From Planctomycetota bacterium (lineage in GTDB: Bacteria; Planctomycetota; Planctomycetia; Pirellulales; Pirellulaceae): a stretch of DNA of 54,227 nt. Of this stretch, positions 48,107 through 54,227 are shown piece by piece. The notes below the pieces were generated by a model. That model worked only from the letters and a program-made list of their open reading frames with translations, searched no databases and was not told the DNA's origin. The DNA is taken from contig JBCCRW010000001.1 in NCBI GenBank assembly GCA_039201055.1, positions 1-54,227 of the forward strand, given 5' to 3'. Made by a program: the position numbers and the translations under genes. Each line of letters opens with the position of its first letter. Within the stretch, counting starts at the first letter, position 1.

Positions 48107-48874
48107 TTGACCCACCGCTATTTCCATGATGCCCCCGCTACAAACGATCAATTCGTTACACTTTCCGGCGACGAGTCCGCTCATGCGTCGCGAGTCATGC
48201 GGGCCCAAGCCGGCCAGCCGGTGACGCTGTTTGATGGTCGCGGCCGGGAAGCGGCGGCCACAATCGATTCGGTTTCCCGTCGCGAAGTTCGCGTGGCCGT
48301 CGAAACCTGGCGCGAGATCCCACGGATGCCACGCATTGATTTGACGATGGCCGTCGCCATGCCCAAACCTGAACGGTGCAAGGGATTGATCGAGCGGCTG
48401 ACCGAGATCGGCGTCCACACATTGATCCCCGTTGTCGCCGAGCGTAGCCAGCGTCTGCCAAGTGAATCGCTGCTGCAAAAATGGCGACGTATCGTCATCG
48501 AATCCTGCAAACAATCCGGACGCAATCAACTGATGCCAGTCTTGTCGCCGATGTCATTGCCGGATTTGTTGGCGATGAACTTGAATGTCGCCGACGACGC
48601 ACATGCCGGCCGTTTGCAAAATGTCGATGATCGCCGCATCGCCCACGTCACCACCGGGAACGTAGGAACGGAAAAACTTCCAAACACACAGCACCTGGCA
48701 AGCGACGCGGTCATCATCGCGATTGGCCCCGAAGGAGGTTGGACGACACCCGAGGTCGCATCGGCCACCGCTGCCGGCTGGCACTCATTTTCACTGGGCG
48801 AACGAATTTACCGAATCGAAACCGCCGCAATCGTTTGCGCAAGCTTAGCGATTCATCATGTTTGCGACGCCTGA
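48107..48874 (+). CDS. rsmE: 16S rRNA m3U1498 methyltransferase
   Basis: HASRVMR, LFDGRG, IERLTEIGV, IESCKQSGRN, IGPEGGWT, LGERIYRIETA. Start taken at TTG 48107. Confidence 0.94.
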   Translation: MTHRYFHDAPATNDQFVTLSGDESAHASRVMRAQAGQPVTLFDGRGREAAATIDSVSRREVRVAVETWREIPRMPRIDLTMAVAMPKPERCKGLIERLTEIGVHTLIPVVAERSQRLPSESLLQKWRRIVIESCKQSGRNQLMPVLSPMSLPDLLAMNLNVADDAHAGRLQNVDDRRIAHVTTGNVGTEKLPNTQHLASDAVIIAIGPEGGWTTPEVASATAAGWHSFSLGERIYRIETAAIVCASLAIHHVCDA

Positions 48875-48876
48875 CG

Positions 48877-49530
48877 ATGTTGGCAACACCTGACGGGCCC
48901 CGGATGCTGCACGGCCACGAACGCACCTTGGTCCGCGGCATCCTGGGCATCATGATCGACCATCTGCATGACGAACTTCGACCCAGTGGTGAATCGAATG
49001 GGGGCAGCGAATCGATTCGCTACGGGATCGATCATTTCGATCGCTGGGATGCCGACCAGCGGGTCCTGTTGGTCCGGGGGATCGCCGTGGCGATGTTGAC
49101 CCCCGCCGAAGTGCCCGAGCGGACCGCGATTTTTGAAGCCACGCTGGACGCGATGGCGGCGGAGCTCGCCGAATTGATCGAACTGGAATGCCGCGATCCT
49201 AAGCTGCGCCCCCGTGGTAAATCGTGGCGGAGATCGCTAACTGAAGTCGTCGGTATGCCGACAGACCTGGATCTCGATGCCGAAAAAGAAACCGACGGCG
49301 ATCATTGGGTCCGCCAAGTCTCGATGTGGCGGGACCGGTTATGTGGACCGCATCATTATTTGGACGCCGAAGGCTACCGAGACGGGTCCCCCGCGGCGAT
49401 GCAGCGTTTTTTACGACAGCGGGGCTTGCCGCCCGAATACTTAAACACCGCGCCACCGGTACCCACGGTCAATCAAGTCCAGGCGGCCATCGATCAGGTG
49501 CAACGACTGGTTTTCATTGACGAAATTTAA
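48877..49530 (+). CDS. Hypothetical protein
   Basis: ATG 2 nt after the rsmE stop; 217-aa helical, soluble ORF with no recognised motif. Confidence 0.75.
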   Translation: MLATPDGPRMLHGHERTLVRGILGIMIDHLHDELRPSGESNGGSESIRYGIDHFDRWDADQRVLLVRGIAVAMLTPAEVPERTAIFEATLDAMAAELAELIELECRDPKLRPRGKSWRRSLTEVVGMPTDLDLDAEKETDGDHWVRQVSMWRDRLCGPHHYLDAEGYRDGSPAAMQRFLRQRGLPPEYLNTAPPVPTVNQVQAAIDQVQRLVFIDEI

Positions 49531-49558
49531 GCGCTGCGACCGCCGGTGCGACTTAAAC

Positions 49559-50419
49559 TTAGAATTCGTTTCGAACCACGGTCCCGTCCTCTCGATTGCC
49601 CAGTTGATTCATCACCTTCGGATCGATCGACACGCTTAAAAAACGAACCGCCCCATCGGCCAACAAAAAATTGGCACCGCCGGGATGCATGCTGCCAAAA
49701 CCGCCGGTTTCCAACTCGCTGCCCTCAAAGGGTTTTCCCAGGTCATCGAATTCAGCGTTTTCATTCAGTTGACTTAGATTCCGCAGGGATGCTCGCGTTC
49801 CCGAAGCCCAACCCAACGAATCGGCGTACGGCAGCGTCTCGCCCAGCAGCACCGTGAACGAGGTGCCGTCGTAGATGTCGCGGTAGCGAATCTTGCTGTT
49901 TCGAAACAGCAACCCATTGTTGTCGTCGTCGATGGGGACCTCTTTGGAATCGTAGCAACCGGCATAATTGGTCAGCGTCCAACCGTCGTCGCTGACCGCG
50001 ATGGGCTGCGAAGGACAATAAAAGGTCGAAATCGTCGTTTTCCGGGATGGCTCGTTGACCGGTGCATAGACACCCGCGTCGACATCGAATTCATCCGCCA
50101 GCGGGCGTTGTTCGATAAAGTCCAAAATTCGCACCGTCCAAGAAACGTGCTTTCCCTTCGCTTCATTGACAATGGGCCCCGTGGGATTGGTCACACCCGG
50201 TGGCAAGTGTTCAAAGCCAAATTCGTAATTGTGCATCCCCACCCCCAACTGCATCATGTTGTTGGAACAACTCATCCGCCGCGCGGCTTCGCGAGCCGCC
50301 TGGACGGCGGGCAACAGCAAACCGACCAACACGCCGATGATTGCGATGACGACCAACAATTCAACAAGCGTGAATCCATCTGGTCGGGACGAACGCTTGA
50401 TACGATCACGAAAATTCAT
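49559..50419 (-). CDS. DUF1559 prepilin-type N-terminal cleavage/methylation protein with H-X9-DG C-terminal motif
   Basis: DG/FTLVELLVVIAIIGVLVGLLLPAVQAAREAARRMSCSNN; SWTVRIL; FYCPS; DGTSFT; HPGGANFLLADG. Confidence 0.95.
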   Translation of the reverse strand: MNFRDRIKRSSRPDGFTLVELLVVIAIIGVLVGLLLPAVQAAREAARRMSCSNNMMQLGVGMHNYEFGFEHLPPGVTNPTGPIVNEAKGKHVSWTVRILDFIEQRPLADEFDVDAGVYAPVNEPSRKTTISTFYCPSQPIAVSDDGWTLTNYAGCYDSKEVPIDDDNNGLLFRNSKIRYRDIYDGTSFTVLLGETLPYADSLGWASGTRASLRNLSQLNENAEFDDLGKPFEGSELETGGFGSMHPGGANFLLADGAVRFLSVSIDPKVMNQLGNREDGTVVRNEF

Positions 50420-50492
50420 AAGGTCACTTGGGGAATAAAAGGTGAATGAGACGGAGGAAGTGACAAGTGTTTTGGACGCGAATACGTGGACG

Positions 50493-50921
50493 TCACTCCG
50501 GTTCAAAAACTTGTCTTGATCGCTGGATCGTTCCATGTGCGGACTCCCAACGCAAAGTGATTCGCCGCTGCGAGCCTTTCGGCGATTCGAGTGTCAATTC
50601 GACGGGACCCAGATTTTCCGAGTCCCAAATCGTGGAATCGGGTCGCCACCGCCGGATACCGGGAAAATCCGCCTCCGCGGCGTCCTCGGGTGGCGTTTCA
50701 AGCAGCCCCCAGCGGATTTCGGCGGCGTCCATCAAGCACTCCGCTTGGATGGAAACCCAGCGTTGTTTTGCCGCCCGCGAAGCGTGAAGGGTGCCGCGAA
50801 GCATCGCCGCCGCAATGGCCATCGCAATGCCCAAGGCCACGAGCGCCAGAACGGCGAAACTGCCACGCCGCGACCGCCGGCTGGAAGACGAATGCCGATT
50901 GGATTCTTGCCGCCGATTCAT
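50493..50921 (-). CDS. Minor pilin/pseudopilin, GspK/PilX-like (no Glu5)
   Basis: Basic leader RRSRRG/SFAVLALVALGIAMAIAA; lacks E5; ATGA overlap with the upstream gene. Confidence 0.7.
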   Translation of the reverse strand: MNRRQESNRHSSSSRRSRRGSFAVLALVALGIAMAIAAAMLRGTLHASRAAKQRWVSIQAECLMDAAEIRWGLLETPPEDAAEADFPGIRRWRPDSTIWDSENLGPVELTLESPKGSQRRITLRWESAHGTIQRSRQVFEPE

Positions 50922-51490
50922 GGTTGCACCCCGCCGATTTCGAATGCGCCGATTTCAAATGCTCGGAACGCGATCGCGTCCTGATCCCGTTGCGGACGTC
51001 GATCCAGGGCCATGACCCAAGTTTGGGTCGCCGCGGCGGGATCGCCGTGGCGCGAATGCAATCGAAACGTCGGCACATAGAAATCGCTCAGCAAAAACGC
51101 TTCGTGTCGTTCGTCAGCGACTTGGTTTTCCAGGGTTGCCTGATCATCGCGGGTCGACGCGATGCGGCGGACCGCACCGTCCTGAATCGTGTACCGAACC
51201 GTTCCCGCGCGTCTTTCGAAGTGCCACAAACGGTCTGAAATCTTGATCGTTCGTGTCATCGACCGCCGATCCTGGCGAACCGATTCGGCCAACCGGTCGA
51301 GTGTCCGCGAATCGTGTTCACGCCGATTCTGCTGACTTCCCAAGCGGAAGGAAACATGAATCAGACCCACGGCGACACTCATCATGGTTCCGCCCACGAT
51401 AAACACGATCACCAATTCGGTCAGCGTGAACCCGCGTTGGCGGCGCTTGCCGGCGAAACAGCGGTCACCAGCGAAACAAATACGGTTCAT
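50918..51490 (-). CDS. Minor pilin/pseudopilin, GspJ/PilW-like
   Basis: Class III signal RRQRG/FTLTELVIVFIVGG; later RTLDRLAESVRQD and VRYTI. Confidence 0.85.
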   Translation of the reverse strand: MNRICFAGDRCFAGKRRQRGFTLTELVIVFIVGGTMMSVAVGLIHVSFRLGSQQNRREHDSRTLDRLAESVRQDRRSMTRTIKISDRLWHFERRAGTVRYTIQDGAVRRIASTRDDQATLENQVADERHEAFLLSDFYVPTFRLHSRHGDPAAATQTWVMALDRRPQRDQDAIAFRAFEIGAFEIGGVQP

Positions 51491-51924
51491 TCGACAGCCC
51501 CCGCGAACCAAACCGAAAGCTGCACCGGAGGCGGATCACCGGGTCGATCCCAATCAAAGCTCAAACGCACCAGCGTGGCTGGTCTGGGATCGTCCGCGTC
51601 GGCCGCGTTCAGATTGACCTCTTCGACCTTGGCTTGCAGCTTGCATTCACCCAATCGATCCTGGGCAAGCGAGGACGCCCGCAAGTCATTGATGACTTGC
51701 TGACGTTGACCGGGATCGGCGTTCCGCAACAGTTCGACCGCGCGGTCCAGTTCGTCCAACGCCAATTGGTAGTGCCCCAAACGTTGCCATTGCCGGCTAT
51801 TGCGAAACGCCAACATGGTGACGACCGACAGGCCGGTGATCAGCAGTCCTCCCGCGATCATGACCTCGATCAAAGTGAATGCCGGTCGCTTGCAACCGAG
51901 ACGGCTGGAGTGTGGAAGTGTCAT
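51487..51924 (-). CDS. Minor pilin/pseudopilin, GspI/PilV-like
   Basis: Class III signal KRPA/FTLIEVMIAGGLL; short (145 aa). Confidence 0.82.
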   Translation of the reverse strand: MTLPHSSRLGCKRPAFTLIEVMIAGGLLITGLSVVTMLAFRNSRQWQRLGHYQLALDELDRAVELLRNADPGQRQQVINDLRASSLAQDRLGECKLQAKVEEVNLNAADADDPRPATLVRLSFDWDRPGDPPPVQLSVWFAGAVE

Positions 51925-52964
51925 GCGCAAAGCAACACAAAGGAGTACAGCGTTTGAAAAACCGCAAGCGCAAACCAGCCAACCAGCGCGGCGACAGCAA
52001 AAATGGACAACGGGCGGATCAACCCGGACCCGCGTGCCAACCAGCGTTGGCTTCGCCAGGTTCGTCCCGACGCGATTTCCCGCATCGTCCAAGCCATCGA
52101 TTCGACGTCGGTGGATGCCGCCAAGGCGCTCGATTCGCGATCGTTGACCAGGCCCGCTTCGCGAAGGGAATCGACCAGCGTTTCGCCGCGGCTGATCGCG
52201 ATCTCGGCGTTTCGCAGACGCTTTCGAAACGGGCTAAGTATTTCGACGCCGGCCAATTCGCCAACGGCGACCGAGGCCGGTCGACCGAGACCGATGGGGG
52301 CGGACAAGGTTCGCAGCAACGCGGCCGCCCACGCGTTGTGGGCCGCCGGATGGATGCGGGGCAAGACTTGGTCTCGGAACGTCACCGTCATCGTGGCCAG
52401 CGACACGGCGATGACGACGACGACCAGCGGCAACAAGCCGGCCACCAACCCGCTGCTGGTCAAGGCGACAAAGCTGTCAAAAGCGGGTGGAGTCTGCATC
52501 TGAAATTCGACGAACATCTCCTTTAAAGTCGGAACGATAAAGGTTCCAAAAAATGTCACATAGAAAACAAACATCGCGATGCAAAGCATCAAGTACAAAC
52601 GCCACCGTGGTCGCGCAAACGCTTCGCCGCCACCATCCAATTCCAGCGCGTCGGCTTGCATGTGAATGGACTCCTTCAAGCAGCCGGTCTTTAACCCCAG
52701 ACGCAGCGCCGTCGACACGCTCGCGTCGAACAAGGTGGGTGACGCCGCGACCGCGTCGGCGGCGGATTCGCCGCGATGCAGCGACGCGGCAACCGCGCGA
52801 ATTTCATCAGCCAGCCATGATGAGTGGTCATACGCAAGTGCTTGCAGCGCTTCGGCCGCCATCCGGGGATGCCCGGCATAATCATGCATCGTCATCAGCA
52901 CCTCCCACGCCACAACGCGACGCATGCGTCGCGATCCAAATATCGCCGGTATCCAAAGACTCAT
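51921..52964 (-). CDS. Type II secretion/type IV pilus platform protein (GspF/PilC family)
   Basis: LHRGESAADAV, LGLKTGCLKES, FIVPTLKEMFVEFQMQTP, SRGETLVDSL, terminal TM LIRPLSIFAVAALVG. Start ATG 52964. Confidence 0.82.
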   Translation of the reverse strand: MSLWIPAIFGSRRMRRVVAWEVLMTMHDYAGHPRMAAEALQALAYDHSSWLADEIRAVAASLHRGESAADAVAASPTLFDASVSTALRLGLKTGCLKESIHMQADALELDGGGEAFARPRWRLYLMLCIAMFVFYVTFFGTFIVPTLKEMFVEFQMQTPPAFDSFVALTSSGLVAGLLPLVVVVIAVSLATMTVTFRDQVLPRIHPAAHNAWAAALLRTLSAPIGLGRPASVAVGELAGVEILSPFRKRLRNAEIAISRGETLVDSLREAGLVNDRESSALAASTDVESMAWTMREIASGRTWRSQRWLARGSGLIRPLSIFAVAALVGWFALAVFQTLYSFVLLCA

Positions 52965-53992
52965 CCGGTCAACCCCGTCACCAGAGACAACAGCGGCAGC
53001 ACCAACGCGACCACCAACAGCATCACCATGCCGCCGACCAGGAAGATCATGATTAGCGGCAACCACGTCACGATAAACGCCGATTCGACACTGGCCGCGC
53101 GCAGCCGATAGGACTGGGCCAGCGTGCGCAGTCGTTGGATCAGTGGTGGCCCAGCCAGCGTGCCGCCAAGGGCATGAACCAAACTGGATGGCATCGTTCG
53201 TGTTGACAGCGGCACCGCTGTGTTGGCATCGACGCCGGATCGCGGCTGTTCCGCCATACGCTGGCCCCATTGCAACGCCGCCAACAGTCGCTGCCGCTGC
53301 GATTCCACATCCACGGCTTCGACCGCAAGCCGCGCCGCCAAGGCATGGTGGGCTCCGCATTCCAACCAATCGGCCATCGATTCGGCCCACTGACCGGCTG
53401 ACAAATGCGTTTGGACCTTTCCGGGACCTCGCCGCACGGGACCACCGCGACGAAAAAGGAAAAACAGCAGCGGTACGACAACCACCAGCAGCGCGAGCCC
53501 CCATACACCGTAGCCCTGGACCAGACGGCTGAGCCGGATGATGAAGAGCGTCAATGCCGGAAGGTCCAATTCAAATTCCGTAAACATGGCATCGAATTGC
53601 GGCACAATGAACACCAGGATCAACGCGCACGCGGCGACCGACGCCGCCGTGGAAACCATCGCGGCGACCAAGCCGAGCGGGATCCTGCCAAAACCCCGCG
53701 ACACCCATTGGAGTTCTCGCAAACGCGGCGGCGCGTCGACCTTGCGTGACAAAAACGGCAACCACGGCCACATCCGAGGATCGTCGGCCAAAGCCATCGC
53801 GGCGTCGGCGACATCACGCTGGCACGCCGCATCAACGCGACGGTGCCCGTCACGATACATCGGTGACACCACGCCATCACCGACAGCCGCCGCCAGTTCG
53901 CCCATCCGCTGGGCGACTGCCGGATCCTCCAGTGCGGCAGTCGCCAATTCCAAACGCAGGCTTGCACCGGAGCCAATGGAATCGGCGGTCAT
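52961..53992 (-). CDS. Type II secretion/type IV pilus platform protein (GspF/PilC family, divergent)
   Basis: VFIVPQFDAMFTEFELDLPALT hallmark; TLAQSYR...LPLIMIFLVGGMVMLLVVALVLPLL. Confidence 0.82.
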   Translation of the reverse strand: MTADSIGSGASLRLELATAALEDPAVAQRMGELAAAVGDGVVSPMYRDGHRRVDAACQRDVADAAMALADDPRMWPWLPFLSRKVDAPPRLRELQWVSRGFGRIPLGLVAAMVSTAASVAACALILVFIVPQFDAMFTEFELDLPALTLFIIRLSRLVQGYGVWGLALLVVVVPLLFFLFRRGGPVRRGPGKVQTHLSAGQWAESMADWLECGAHHALAARLAVEAVDVESQRQRLLAALQWGQRMAEQPRSGVDANTAVPLSTRTMPSSLVHALGGTLAGPPLIQRLRTLAQSYRLRAASVESAFIVTWLPLIMIFLVGGMVMLLVVALVLPLLSLVTGLTG

Positions 53993-54227
53993 GGCGTCAC
54001 CGCCCGCGAAAGGTCATCCAACAGCCGGACGAGTGAATAAAACACGATGAACCCAAACACCATCACCAGCCCACCGGCGGCAAAGATGGTGAACAACGTG
54101 TCGCCGGCCAACGATCGCCGTAACCGCTCGGAATAACGTGACGCCATGTGCGCCGCACGCACTTGCCGCGACCAAGCGGGATCGCCCGAAAACGGACCGG
54201 TGCCCAAAGACGACTCCGCCGGACCCG
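53989..54227 (-). CDS. C-terminal end of a probable third GspF/PilC-like protein (truncated by the window edge)
   Basis: AHMASRYSERLRR followed by terminal TM TIFAAGGLVMVFGFIVFYSLVRLL, the same C-terminal pattern as the two downstream genes; ATGA overlap. Confidence 0.6.
   Translation of the reverse strand, partial: GPAESSLGTGPFSGDPAWSRQVRAAHMASRYSERLRRSLAGDTLFTIFAAGGLVMVFGFIVFYSLVRLLDDLSRAVTP

Noticed and set aside
52965-53504. Long N-terminal extension of the 527-aa ORF suggesting a frameshift or fusion
   Set aside because: It overlaps the upstream GspF-like gene in another frame; a clean ATGA-coupled start exists at 52964.
1-54227. tRNA, rRNA, transposase, integrase or prophage genes
   Set aside because: None recognised by eye; a covariance-model scan would be needed to exclude small RNAs.

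Overview
A gene-dense, GC-rich bacterial chromosomal window, almost certainly from a planctomycete of the Pirellulaceae type. This rests on a DUF1559 prepilin, an 'ELLERRQLLA' N-terminal export motif, GEVED domains, a DUF4159/MoxR/DUF58 locus and a large kinase-STAND-FGE fusion. About 42 CDS are supported. Housekeeping genes include dusB, galM, greA, cutA, apt, dapF, xseA, two clpP, an lptF/G-like permease and rsmE. Also present are an RND efflux pair, a molybdopterin oxidoreductase, a histone-deacetylase-family enzyme and several secreted or repetitive proteins. No rRNA, tRNA, CRISPR array or transposase was recognised. Top candidates for a second look: (1) an operon chained by 4-bp ATGA overlaps, with three successive GspF/PilC-like platform genes, three minor-pilin-like genes and a downstream DUF1559 pilin, near a degenerate ExeA-like ORF; (2) a Ser/Thr kinase-STAND NTPase-TM-FGE receptor-like protein convergent with a secreted Cys/Pro-rich repeat protein; (3) at least three families of dispersed REP-like palindromes, one tandemly amplified and one recruited into a protein C-terminus; (4) many local 15-27 nt tandem duplications, two spanning stop codons. 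Domain calls come from motif recognition only, with no database searches; several start codons are my best estimates.
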